Numbered from the stretch's first letter, positions 12,861 to 25,530 are shown. The stretch is DNA of 64,000 nucleotides from Octopus vulgaris (GCA_951406725.2 OX597821.1:40734001-40798000); one strand, 5' to 3'. Translations and numbers: made by a program. The notes: generated by a model not told the origin, from the letters alone.

Positions 12861-14009
12861 CTGTACTGAGATCCGCAGTTTAAGCAGTTGAAATCAAATT
12901 TTGCAGAAAGTTTAGAACTGTAAGGAAAACTGGTCTGAAGAATTTTGTTAGAAATAAACTGATTGTTATGACTTGGAATCAAGGCATATAACAATTTATA
13001 TATATGCATATATTATATTGGATTAATATTAACCATTAGATTGAAGTATAACAATATAATGTATCATATACTTTATAATGGACAGGCAAACATTTTTCCA
13101 ATTTAAAATTCAATTACCTAAATCGTTTTCCTAACCATCTCCATGTTATAGGTCTGTGTTGGTACTACGATTCTCATAAAATTTAACTGAGTTAGGGGAA
13201 AAAGAGAGATGGAAAGTCTAGACAAATTAACAATAGATTAAATAATATTGTAACATACTCAAACAGATTCGATAGATTCTTGTAAGTTAAGCTCCATTAG
13301 CTCATCTTAGTTATTCCTTTGTTATTTTCTCTTGTAACCTTTCATTCTTTACTATCATCCTCTGTGTCCAGTCGCTCTCCCCACATCTTCCATTCACTCT
13401 TCAGCCTAATATACAACCTTCATACATAATTCATCTCCCTCTCTCTCTTTCTCTCCCTCTCTCTCTTTCATGCTTCACTAACTTACACTAATTTTCAATC
13501 TGTTTTATGTATTTGAGCTGAAAAAAGAAAAAAAAGACTCTCTTCTGAATGGTAACTTACTTAGATGTTTAGTTAAATGATCAGATATACAGAAATGAAA
13601 GTAGGAAATCTGTTTAATCAGGAATATATTAATATTCATTAAATATTGATCTCTAAAATATGCACAAGGTTTTACATTTTAGAGAAAAAATAGTCAATTA
13701 GACTGACCTGCAGTACTTGACTAGTTTATTAATCCCATGAAGGAAGGAAAACAAAGTCAATTTTGATAGGATTTGAACTCATAACATAAGGTACATAATA
13801 CCACTAAGAATTATGCACTTCAGTCCAGTAATTTTACTAATTATTCAAACATTAACATAAGGCCACAGTTTTACAGAGGACGACATTAATAAATGAATTG
13901 AACATAGTAGAGGGCGCTGATGTCAGACACTGGGTGGATTTGAACTTCTTAGAGGGAAGAACCTACATACTGTTGAGTATTTTGTGATTTACCACACACA
14001 TACACACAC

Positions 14010-15368
14010 ATGGAATGTTCAGGCTAAATTTGATGACTTTTTTTATATCTCCCGTTTTGAGGAACAACTTGATGCATTGGTGAACAGTCAATGGTGTTGG
14101 AGAGCATAAAGATTAAAGTTGCAGTTGAGAAAAAATTAGGTGAAATGATGAAATGGAAGCCATCTGAATATTGGTTTCGAGTTTCGGCACAAGCCCAGCA
14201 ACTTTGGGGAAGCGAGTACGTTGACCGCATTGGCCTCCAGTACTTAACTGGTACTAATTTTATCAACCTTGGAAGGATGAAAGGCAAAGTTGACTTTCAT
14301 AGAATTTGAACTCAGAACATAACGGCACATGAAATACATATTTCTTTACTACCCACAAGGGGCTAAACACAGAGAGGACAAACAAGGACAGACAAACGGG
14401 GTAAGTCAATTATATCGACCCCAGTGTGTAACTGGTACTTATTTAATCGACCCCAAAAGGATGAAAGGCAAAGTCGATCTTGGCGGAATTTGAACTCAGA
14501 ACGTAACAGCAGACGAAATACATATTTCTTTACTACGTTAGCACAACGGGTGAAATGCATAGCTGTATTTCGTCTGCTACGCATTTCACCTGCTGTGCTA
14601 ACGTTTCTGCTAGCTTGCCACCTTAAGCCATCTGAATATTAGATAAGTGTTACCTGTGTCATGATGATTTGCAACAAATATCAAAATGCCGACAATATCT
14701 GCAGCTCAATGCTCTGTAAACTCTGTAAAGGCTGTAAGATGTGAGGTGGGCACCATGAAAACCAAATCCACCCCCCACAAATCTGTGATGGTCTTTGGGT
14801 TTGTCTCCAGTAAGCATGATGCCAAACAACCTCAGATCTTTGAACAGGGACTTAGGCTCAGTTCAGGCAGATATGTGAAGTTGCTGGAGACTGTGATGAA
14901 ACCCTGGTTGGAGAGGGTTGCTACTGGAAGGCCATATGTAGCAGCCAGCAGGATTCAGATCTTTGTTATACCTCTGGGGAAAAGTAAGAAGTGCTTGTTG
15001 GAGAATTTCTACAACTTCAGCCCCAATTTCTGGTCCCTTAATTCCCCCAATTGCAATCCCATGGATTACTATGTGTGTGTCACGGTTCAGAAAGACACCA
15101 ACTGCTCTGCCTGCAACACCAAAGCTGATCTAGTGGTGAAGATCAAGGAAGTTTTGGAAGATCTTCCCAAGGACCCAGTGAGGAATGCACGTGCCAGGTT
15201 TCAGAGCCATCTTGAAGCTGTGATGGATGCTGAGGGGAACCATTTTGAGTAAACTGTTATTTCCAAGCCATAATCTAGTTGATATTTTTCGATTTTTTAT
15301 GTTTGGATTGAATATTTTCTTTTCTTTTCTTTTATGTAGACTGTCAAATTTAGCCCAACCGCTTTTTA
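14010..15368 (+). mobile_element. Internally deleted Tc1/mariner (maT-like) transposon with both TIR remnants and a nested SINE
   Basis: GGCTAAATTTGA (14022) / TCAAATTTAGCC (15344) inverted ends; ORF 14686-15252 has VMVFGFVSS..VMKPWL..WSLNSPNCNPMDYYV..AEGNHFE. Confidence 0.85.
14173..14624 (-). mobile_element. SINE family A concatemer with a perfect 16-bp TSD
   Basis: AAGCCATCTGAATATT at 14157-14172 and 14625-14640; 184-bp internal period. Confidence 0.92.
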
Positions 15369-15532
15369 CACACACACACACACCTATATAATAGACTATG
15401 AAAGCAAAGTGTATTTCATGTTTTTCTATTGACTCCCTATCAAATCTATAAAATTATTATTCTGCTACAGTTTATGTATGTATTTTGGCCCATAACTATT
15501 GAAGAAAATCGAATTCATTATCTATCCTACAC

Positions 15533-15575
<43 letters not shown>

Positions 15576-15713
15576 CATAAGACAATTGGCTGATAAACTA
15601 TGGAATGAAATTGGGAACATAATCTATAATAGATATAACATTTACATTATTTTCATTACTTATAGGACAGTTGACTGATAAATATTTCACGTTAAGTATG
15701 ATATATATATATA

Positions 15714-16135
15714 GGCGCAGGAGTGGCTGTGTGGTAAGTAGCTTGCTAACCAACCACATGGTTCCGGGTTCAGTCCCACTGTGTGGCATTTTGGGCAAGT
15801 GTCTTCTGCTATAGCCTCGGGCCGACCAAAGCCTTGTGAGTGGATTTGGTAGATGGAAACTGAAAGTAGCCTGTCGTATATATGTATATATATATATATG
15901 TATGCGGGTGTATATGTTTGTGTGTCTGTGTTTGTCCCTCTAGCATTGCTTGACAACCGATGCTGGTGTGTTTACGTCCCCGTCACTTAGCAGTTCGGCA
16001 AAAGAGGCCGATAGAATAAGTACTGGGCTTACAAAGAATAAGTCCCAGGGTCGATTTACTCGACTAAAGGCGGTGCTCCAGCATGGCCGCAGTCAAATGA
16101 CTGAAACAAGTAAAAGAGTAAAAGAGTAAAAGAGT
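15714..16135 (+). mobile_element. Full-length SINE family B
   Basis: tRNA-like head with A/B-box-like motifs, CORE-like block, internal TA/TG tract and (GTAAAAGA)n tail. Confidence 0.93.
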
Positions 16136-16303
16136 ATATACATAACTGATAAACGTTTTTATAATCCATAGTTATGTTGGAAAACTACTACACTTTGTCC
16201 TTCAGAACAGTAGGTTTAAGCCCAAGGATATGCATGCTTTGTTATATATTATATTAAGAAATGATAAAGAGTTACCTATGTAGTTGGACCATAGTAGAAT
16301 AAT

Positions 16304-16694
16304 AGGCATGGGAGTGGCTGTGTGGTATGTAGCATGCTTATGAACCACATGATTCCAGGTTCAGTCTCACTGTGTGGCACTTTGGGCAAATGTCTTCTAC
16401 TATAGTCTCAGGCAGACCAAAGCCTTGTGAGTGGATTTGGTAAATGGAAACTGAAAGAAGCCTGTCGTATATATGTATATATATGTGTGTGTGTTTATGT
16501 GTGTGTATATGTTTGTGTGTCTGTGTTTGTCCCCCTAACATCACTTGACAACCGATGCTGGTTAGTTTATGTCCCTGTAACTTAGTAGTTCACTAAAAGA
16601 GGCAGATAGAATAAGTCCTGGGGTCGATTTGCTCGACTAAAGGCAGTACTCCAGCATGGTCACAGTCAAATGACTGAAACAAGTAAAAGAGTAA
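16304..16694 (+). mobile_element. SINE family B
   Basis: Collinear with the 15714 copy, more diverged. Confidence 0.9.
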
Positions 16695-16949
16695 ATACTA
16701 CACACTGATTATGTCTTCAGGCTTGTCCCAAATTTAAGATTGCTAATTACTCCATGCAAATATAAAAACGATAACATCTCCGTATTTAGAAGAGCTCTCA
16801 AGTGTATAACAAAGAATATAGTTTTCAAGGTTGTTCCATCCTGAAACTGCACCTATGTATTCTTTACCCCAAGTCAAAAATCATATTTTAGAAAAAGTAC
16901 AATATCAGAAGAAATTATGTGTTCCATGGCTCTCTAAGGACTTCCAGCA

Positions 16950-17420
16950 TTATCATCATCATCATCATCATCATCATGTAACGTCCGTTTTCCATGCTAG
17001 CATGGGTTGGACGGTTTGACAGTTTGACCGGGGTCTGGGAAGCCAGGTGGCTGCACCAGGCCCAGTCTGATCTGGCAGTGTTTCTACAGCTGGATGCACT
17101 TCCTAACGCCAACCACACCGTGAGTGTAGTGGGTGCTTTTTATGTGCCACCAGCACAGGTGCCAGGCGAGGCTGGCAACAGCCGTGATCTGTTGGTGCTT
17201 TTTACATGTCACCAGCATGGAAGCCAGTCGAGGTCTTCGCAAGCAGAGTTTTGTGTCCCAAGAAGGAAAGGTATGCATAAGTGGACTGGCTACATCCCAG
17301 GTAAAAGCCACAGGTTATGGTCACACTTGTCCTGCCGGGTCTTCTCACATACAGCATATTTCCAAAGGTCTTGGTCACTAGTCATTGCCTTGGTGAGACC
17401 TAATGTTCGAAGGTCATGCT
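16950..17420 (-). mobile_element. RTE LINE 3'UTR/tail with (GAT)n end
   Basis: GGCGTTAGGAAGxGCATCCAGCTGTAGAAAC..GGAAAACGGACGTT(ATG)n; a related UTR is attached to the RTE ORF at 43340-44555. Confidence 0.8.
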
Positions 17421-17825
17421 TATAAGTTTACAAATTAATTTTGGAGTTTCTGTGGGTACACTGGTACCTCTCTTCTTGATCTCAGTTACAAGTACTGGAT
17501 GGAGTTTCTATTGTACAGTTTATAATTGATGGCTGTTTTATTGTTTTGTTAGTTTGAAGTCTAAAGTGTAAGTATTTTCACCTGAAAAAAATACAAGGGG
17601 ACATCTCTAAAGTGAACCCTTTCTTGAGTAATGAAGGAACTTCTAAGTTGTTGCTAGAAAATCAAAAACCTATCACCCAAATCTTTCCCAAATCAGACCC
17701 TGCCTTAAATATGTAACTGCATATTGACAATACAAAAAATAGATGAAGATGGTCATGGCTAGAATGCACTTCATCAAAGGTTCACTCATACTGGGCTAAC
17801 TTGGAGCTAAACAACAATAATAGCC

Positions 17826-18095
17826 TAGAAAATTACTATTTGTGCATTTCACAAGAGATATTCAGCAACAGTACTTTGTAGTAAAGATTGTTTGCCAACA
17901 TAACATGACATACCTGGTTTAGGATGAATGTTGCTGTAATTTAGCCCCAGGAGACATCGTCTCCAGCTGGCTATAAGACACGATATGTGTCCTTATCTTT
18001 TCGAACAAGGGAATCTAGCACCTCCTCTCTCTAAATCACAGCATCATTCGTCCTAAACCAGGACTGCCATGTTATGTTGGCAAACAATCTTTACT
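17826..18095. mobile_element. Fold-back insertion with ~65-bp inverted arms and a 15-bp TSD
   Basis: Arms 17876-17944 and 18031-18099; direct repeat ACAACAATAATAGCC at 17811-17825 and 18096-18110. Confidence 0.85.
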
Positions 18096-18850
18096 ACAAC
18101 AATAATAGCCCTCTTTTATAACACAACATGAAGATGAATTCTACAGTGATGTCTCAAAGCCTTCATGGGTTTACACAATATCATTAAAAACCATAGAAAA
18201 ACAATTTTCCTGATTAATAAAATAATCTTTATGCCAAAACTAGTTGATCAATGTATAAAACACTAATGAGCTTATTATCAGTGCAAATTAAGCGGACAAT
18301 ATACAAATAATAATGATGGTGGTAATAATAATAATGAATTCCATCATAGGCCATTATATGCTTACCAATTCCATCTATTTTACCATATAGCCATCTTTAT
18401 TACTTCATAAAAAAGCTATAGACATAGTTTCATAAAGCAACGAAATATAAAATAAATCAAATAAATGTAGATCTGAATAGAATACGCCAAATATTTTCTC
18501 TTTTATAACTCCTCAGGGAGAATTTCTATTATAAACAGGAAATGTTTATCTTAATGTAAATCAACATAAAAAAATTATGTCTATTTCGGTCTTAAATATA
18601 AGAAAAATAAAAAGAAAAGGTCATCTAGAATGAAAAGGAAAAAAATATTTCATCTGTCATTCTTTTAATTTGACTCAGTTTAGCAATTTCGGTGTTTGGG
18701 CTGTCAACTGAATGTTCTTTTTATTAGTTAGAAGTAAAAGAAATGCTCTAGGTGTTTGCTGGGCCTTATGGGCTAGTGGAACCGATGTGGTTGAACTTCT
18801 GTACGTTGACATCTGATCTGCAGGAAAGCTATATGTGGAGAAGGAATACC

Positions 18851-19331
18851 TATTTCTTTATTACCCACAAGGGGCTAAACACAGAGAGGACAAACAAGGA
18901 CAGACATAGGTATTAAGTCGATTACATCGACCCCAGTGCATAACTGATACTTAATTTATCGACCCCGAAAGGATGAAAGGCAAAGTCGACCTCGGCAGAA
19001 TTTGAACTCAGAACATAACGGCAAATGAAATACCGCTAAGCATTTCACCTGGCGTGTGAACAATTCTGCCAGCTCGCTGCCTTCTTTAAAAGCCAAATAT
19101 GTTTCTTTATTACCCACAAGGGGCTAAACATAGAGTGGACAAACAAGGACAGACAAATGAATTAAGTCGATTACACTGACCCCAGTGCGTAACTGGTGCT
19201 TAATTTATTGACCCCGAAAGGATGAAAGGCAAAGTCATCCTCGGTGGAATTTGAACTCAGAACGTACCGGCAGACGAAATACAGCTACACATTTCGCCCG
19301 GTGTGCTAACGTTTCTTCCTGCTCGCCGCCT
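18851..19331 (-). mobile_element. SINE family A head-to-tail dimer inside a single 17-bp TSD
   Basis: TGTGGARAAGGAATACC at 18834-18850 and 19332-19348. Confidence 0.9.
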
Positions 19332-19879
19332 TGTGGAAAAGGAATACCGGAATGGTCAAAGTTTTGGTGGGGAATGGTTACGTGTGTTTCTATAGTGGGA
19401 TCTCAAAGTAAGAAACTCAAGAGGGAGACGGTTGGAAGTATTGAAATGGAATTTGGAAGAAGCAATGGTACTCAAGGCCGAAGTATTTTGTGGCTTTTAT
19501 GACAACACCTCTTTTTTAGGATGGTGAATTGCCAATGTCATAACTACAAGCACACCATGAAAAACCATTATAAAGCATCAAGGAATACATCTATGGTAGC
19601 TTTTTCAAGTTTTTATTGGGTACTATTCAAGCTTAGAGAAAAATTGTTTGGTACACAAGTGACACCTTTTCATTAAAATTGAAAGAGTTGTAGTATATGG
19701 GTGCTGTTTAAGGTAGACACCATTTTCTGTTAGAGGATGTGAGTAAGGTTAGTTTATGGAAGCATATCTATTCTCCCATGTGTTAAAAGAATTTTGGTAA
19801 TACCATACATGGAAGATTAAGGAATGAAAAGTAGCATTATTTTCATAGAAGTGAGTGCCATTAGAATTAAAAAAAAAAA

Positions 19880-20166
19880 TAATAATAATGAAATTATTGT
19901 ACACAGTGCTCAGGTGCACCACAACTTGTCAAAAGTGTGTATAAAGCATATGCATTAATGTACAAATGTCTGGAAAGTGAACAGTGTATGAGTCAGATAT
20001 ATGCTTGCATGTGCATGGAGGGGAGAAAATCAGGTGTAGTGTTGGCGAATCTCAGGAAGCATGGAAGTTTTGAAGGATGCAGTGCTCCGACAACTAATAA
20101 CTGATGCCGGCTGTTTGTTCCATGCTTCAGCAACTCTTGGCATGAAAAAATGTTTCCGAAAGTCAT
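19880..20166 (-). mobile_element. CR1/L2-type LINE 3' end
   Basis: DFRKHFFMPRVAEAWNKQPASVISCRSTASFKTS matches the CR1-group ORF2 terminal FF-RV-WN-LP motif; (ATT)n tail. Confidence 0.8.
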
Positions 20167-20619
20167 TTCAAAATTAATAGCATGGAGTCAATTAATATGC
20201 AATAGAGAGAGGGTATCAGTGTCATCACTAAATCTGGAGCACAGTAGAGCTGAAAGAATTTGAACTGATGACCTGCCGTCAGTTTATAGAGCAAGGAACG
20301 TATCTGACATGAAATTTCTGATTGCGGAATTGAGAGACAGATGCCACAAATATACAGGTAACGTAACAAGGAGATTCTCATACCAAACATGGCTGAAGGT
20401 TTTTGTCTCAAGAGACTGATAAATCTCTAGTCCAAAATACTGTACAGGTAGTCATGGAGACAGTGCAAAGAGTCAAAATAATGAAAGTAGGTGATTTTAT
20501 ATAATCATCAGCTTCACATGCAAGATGTTTGAACAAAAGATGATATACCCATATGTCCATGGGCATATAACGTAGTGGTTAAGAGCATGGGTTACTAACC
20601 CCAAGATTCCATGCAGAGA

Positions 20620-20663
<44 letters not shown>

Positions 20664-20665
20664 TC

Positions 20666-20699
<34 letters not shown>

Positions 20700-20703
<4 letters not shown>

Positions 20704-21080
20704 CTTAAAGTTGAATGTCCCTTAACGAATGCATCTCTGATCACGAGCAGAAGTAGTGGGGGAGCATCATGGCCATGTGTTGGGGGGGGGTTCTTTGGGG
20801 TTTGAATAATTCACCTCTGGAAACATGGGTGGTTCTTTCAACATCCTTAAACAACCCTTATTCAGAGACCTTTTGAGCGGGATGGACTACTCAACCTGAA
20901 GAAAATTCTAACTGGGCCCTACCTGTTTATCTTGATATGAGATCACCATGTCGTGCACATATCGTTGTGATGCATGTGCCTGGTGTACTTTTATCAGACG
21001 GGTAGTCATGATGGGTATATTGGGCTTTGTATATTTTACCCCAGTGTCACTTTGATGGCATGAACTGCTCTCTCACTCAA
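20700..21080. mobile_element. Unclassified element flanked by (AAT)n, inserted in an AAT tract within a tRNA-headed repeat (20560-21260)
   Basis: Closely matches 56905-57307; both copies are bounded by (AAT)n on each side. Confidence 0.75.
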
Positions 21081-21989
21081 TAATAATAATAATAACAACA
21101 ACATCGAAAAATACCTTAGGAATGAGAACCCAGGTTTGAAATTTCCCCCAAGACAAGGTTATATCAGCCGAAACGTATTAACAACAAACACGATGAGGAC
21201 AAATATCCATCAAATGTAAATAATGTACATAATTCCTCATCTCTTAAATATAGAACTGAAAAGATAATAAGTTGGCATTTAGACAGCTCAGAGAAATTGC
21301 TCTTGTTAGTAACAAAATACACCATTACATGTTTTTTTAGACTGAGACATTTATGAAGTTCCTGTTCACAGAAGCAGTTTTTGTCCAGCTTAATGTTTGT
21401 CGGTGTTACCTGATTTGAAATGAACAATAGGATCATCTTCATAGAAAGTGAACATCGTTTTCTAAATTCCATTTTATATTATAAAAGATACTTTGTTACA
21501 GAATAGAATATAAAGTCTCCTTTCTTTTTTGTTGTTCTTTTTTTCTTATTGTAAATGTTGCAGAGAAGGAGGAATAATTCCTCATTTGGAAATGGTGTTT
21601 GAATACTTCTAGATGTTGCAGAAAATGTTTTGCAAACAACTTACACATGCAAGTGCTACCAGTCGATAATTCCACATGCTGGGAAGCCAGTAATTGTATG
21701 GGGTCACCAGGAGAGAATGCGTGTCATTTCAGGGCCTACCTCTCAATGGCATCAATGAACACCAGCCCCCATTACTGATATGAGGCCCCACTTACTAGAT
21801 CAACTGGTCATCAAATAAAGCTCAATATTCTTCTAGCCATCGCTCATCGTCTCTTTTTAATAAAATCCATTAGCTAGCTTTCTCCCCTGTAGTTTGGATA
21901 TCGGTCATGTTGGTATTTACTTTACGATGAGTTTGGCCTAATGATAACAACAGTCATCTCATATTTATTTTTAGCTGTTCAGCTGTTGA

Positions 21990-22440
21990 TGATGATGGAA
22001 GAAATGAGGTATATCCAAGTCAGATTGGTAGAGGCAGGAACACTGTAGGATGGAACTTTGGAGAGATGTGCATGTTGGGTGAGGGGGAAAGGGAAGATTG
22101 TAGACGGTGGGAATAAACGCATTAGGTTGGAGGTAGAATCGGCATGAAGGGGAGTGTTGCCAACTGAATGGTTTGATGTGGTAGGTTTTGAGACAGATTC
22201 CTGAAATTATAGTCATTGCCGACAGAATTGAAAGTAGGTATTAATGGAATGTGATGAGGTGAAAGTGAGATGGAAGTGGGTGTCAGAGGAAGAAGTGGTA
22301 ATACAGAGATAAGCATTGCAAATGAAGATGTCCAGAAAGTTAAGAGATGTGGTGAGAGTGTTGCCTGTTAATTCTAGGGAAAGGTTGAAGGTGTTACACC
22401 GTTCTTGGATGAGAGAAGTGACACCACTATCACCATTGGT
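21990..22440 (-). pseudogene. Highly decayed Penelope-like RT fragment
   Basis: SLELTGNTLTTSLNFLDIFI..SDTHFHLTFTSSHS resembles the PLE RT C-terminal FT..LPFLD and TDSHSYLxxxSSHP motifs. Confidence 0.5.
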
Positions 22441-23594
22441 GTAATAATGGTATAGTTTTGGATTAGGTTAAGAGGGACCTGGGGAAAGAACAGAGACCCA
22501 ATGCTTGGTTCAGGTGTTTTATCTTTATTATTTTGGTTTAGACAAATAACTTATGGAATCAGTAATTTGATGTGCTTTAAATTGCAAGTCTATGTGTTGT
22601 CATGATTAGTCTCATAAACTACTGTATGTGTCTTATATTTAGTAGATAAAATATGTTATTGCTTTAAACAAATTAAATTATTCCCATAACTGTTCAATGC
22701 ATTAATTTATATCTATTCAATATTATCCAATATCATATATTCATATTATAAGTGAGAGTTATTAAAATATTTCTACATTATTTTAAGTAGTTTAGGCAAA
22801 GAGATAAGTTCTTGCCAAATTGTGTCTGAGAAATAATTTTCATTCTTAATTGAAACCATCTATATCATTTACATAGCTAATGCTCTTTAAAAAATAATAA
22901 CTTCACAATTTTTCATTTCCTCTTTAATAAAATACTTGGGTCTTTTGGCTGGATCTAGCCATCATTAGCCCAATATTATTTCCCTATGGGTCACATTTTA
23001 TTATCTGTTTAATCCATAAACATTACACTGTCAAATATACGTATACTGTTGAGTGGATTTGTAGTGTAATACATGGATTCATAGGATCATATGGCTATCA
23101 TAGAAAGCTCCTCTAATGGACTTGGCTATCAGACCACAGAGTAACCCAATACAGACGAGTATAATGTAGTGTTCCATGCTGCAGAAATTCAGATCTGATT
23201 CGTCGTGAAATATTGAGTATTGAGTGTATATCTTGTAATAAATGTCAATGTAATGTCTTGAGACTTACAAGTTGCTACAAGAATGCTTTCCATATTTTAC
23301 ACTGCAATTGGTGTGGCACTAATAAACTTAGGTGAAAGGTAATGGTATTTTCATGTGCATGATGCTCCATTGTTTTTTATTTTTCAGTTACCATTAATTC
23401 TTGGACTGGTTTACGTCCTGCATTTGCAGCTAAAACTTTTATAAAGAATGGTGAATTCGGAGGCTTTTCTGCTCCCTGTAGATTCAGTCATAACTGTCTC
23501 TCTCTCTCTTTCCTTCCATTTTGTACACATTAAGATATGTTCTTGACTGACACAGGCATGCATCATCATTATTATGAAGAACCTTGTATACAAA

Positions 23595-23878
23595 TTATGG
23601 AGATGTACTTGCATAGCAAGTGACCTAATCTGAGATCGTGTGCAGGAACGAAAATAATTGCAGCATGGAAGGTGTTTATAAGCCATTTAAGAAACACACA
23701 AAAACCGTTAGATTTATTTCAACATTTAAATTTAATTTGTCGAGCTTTGTCAGTGAACAGGTTGCGGTCTCAGAGTGGTGAAAATATTTTGACAAATTAA
23801 ATTTAAATGTTGAAGTGAATCTAATGGTTTTTGTGTGTTTCTTAAATGGTTTATAAACACCTTCTACGCTGCAATTGA
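23595..23878. mobile_element. Penelope-like fold-back insertion (~86-bp inverted arms) with an 11-bp TSD
   Basis: Arms 23656-23741 and 23791-23876; TTGTATACAAA at 23584-23594 and 23879-23889; a single-arm copy of the same family lies at 62575-62775. Confidence 0.8.
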
Positions 23879-24199
23879 TTGTATACAAAATATTTGTTAA
23901 ATACATCATTCTTTCAGTTGAACAATTTAGAGGCCTTAACTTAGCTTCTTAAGCAAGCATGTTTTCCACGTGGGTGTGCGTGTGCATGCATGTGTGTGTG
24001 TGCATGCACGTGTATGTGTGTTATTGTCATCTCGTCACATGATAGTTGTTCATGATAGTTGCCAGCATGCAGGTGAAATCTTTCATTTCCAATCTTCTCT
24101 GAAAACATCACCAGCCAACAAACATTTATTCACACCAATCATGCATGATGTCAAGACAAGGAGACACAAATATGAACACACTTGTTCTTACACACACTT

Positions 24200-24555
24200 A
24201 TCATCATCATCATCATCATCATCATCCTCATTTAACGTCCATTTTCCATGCTGGCATGGGTTAGATTGTTAGATTGAGGGCTGGCAAGCCAGGAGGCTGC
24301 ACTAGGCTCCAATCTGATCTGGCAATGTTTCTACAGCTGGATGCCCTTCTTAACACCAATCACTCCAAGAGTGTAGTGGGTGCTTTCTCTGTCCCACTGG
24401 CAATACCAGGCCTGGTATTGCTCACATTCAGATAGTGCTTTTTACGTGCCACTGGCACAGGAGTCAGTCAGAGGGCACTGGCATCAGCCACATTCAGATG
24501 GTGCTTTTTATGTGCTACTGGCATGGAAGCCAGTCAGGGGGCACTGGCATCAGTA
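24200..24555 (-). mobile_element. RTE 3'UTR/tail with internal ~66-bp repeats
   Basis: Same tail as 16950; (CAT)n on the plus strand. Confidence 0.8.
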
Positions 24556-24646
24556 TAGGTAGATAAATAGATAGACGGACAGACAGACAGACATGTAGGT
24601 AGGTAGATGATAGGTAGGTAGATAGGTAGGTAGGTAGGTAGGTAGG

Positions 24647-24715
<69 letters not shown>

Positions 24716-24782
24716 GGACAGACAGACAGATGGATGGACAGACAATCAGAGAGACACGTAGGTAGGTAGGCAGATAGGTAGG

Positions 24783-24830
<48 letters not shown>

Positions 24831-24831
24831 C

Positions 24832-24908
<77 letters not shown>

Positions 24909-25301
24909 TGTTTCTTTATTAGCCACACAGGGCTGCCCACAGAGAGGACAAAATTACAAGGTAGAGCTTTTCTTTTGGGGGTAAAAGAAGGGCGTTTGCT
25001 TTTCGATCAAAAGGGATCGTAAATGGAAAGAAAGGGGACAAAAAAAGGGGGGGATAAAATAAAATTTTTTTAAAAAAGGGTGGGGGGAGGAAAAAAAGGG
25101 GAAAGGAAAAAAATTTGATCAATAGGGATCGTTATCACAGAAATGTCAATATGAAGTGTAAAGGGGAGGACAGGTGAGGTTTACCCGTGGAAAGAAAAGC
25201 CTACGGAAAAAACCACGGTAACCTCGGTCAATGAAGTCACATGTCATATTTCTTTTTTTTTTTTGCAAATAAGCAACTCTCTGTATTAATTTTTACGGTT
25301 C

Positions 25302-25391
<90 letters not shown>

Positions 25392-25458
25392 GGACAGACA
25401 GACAGATGGATGGACAGACAATCAGAGAGACACGTAGGTAGGTAGGCAGATAGGTAGG

Positions 25459-25529
<71 letters not shown>

Positions 25530-25530
25530 T
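24556..25530. repeat. (GATA)n/(GGTA)n/(GACA)n compound microsatellite duplicated around a LINE insertion
   Basis: Identical ~70-bp interrupted core at 24713-24784 and 25389-25460. Confidence 0.95.
24908..25303 (-). mobile_element. Tx1-like LINE 3'UTR, same family as 7228-7950
   Basis: Shares ATTGACCGAGGTTACCGTGG, AAAAGAAAAGCTCTACCTTGTAATTT and terminal GGGCAGCCCTGTGTGGCTAATAAAGAAAC. Confidence 0.88.

Noticed and set aside
14686-15252. Functional transposase gene
   Set aside because: The first catalytic region is deleted, the second-D region is scrambled, and the 5' part is interrupted by a SINE array.
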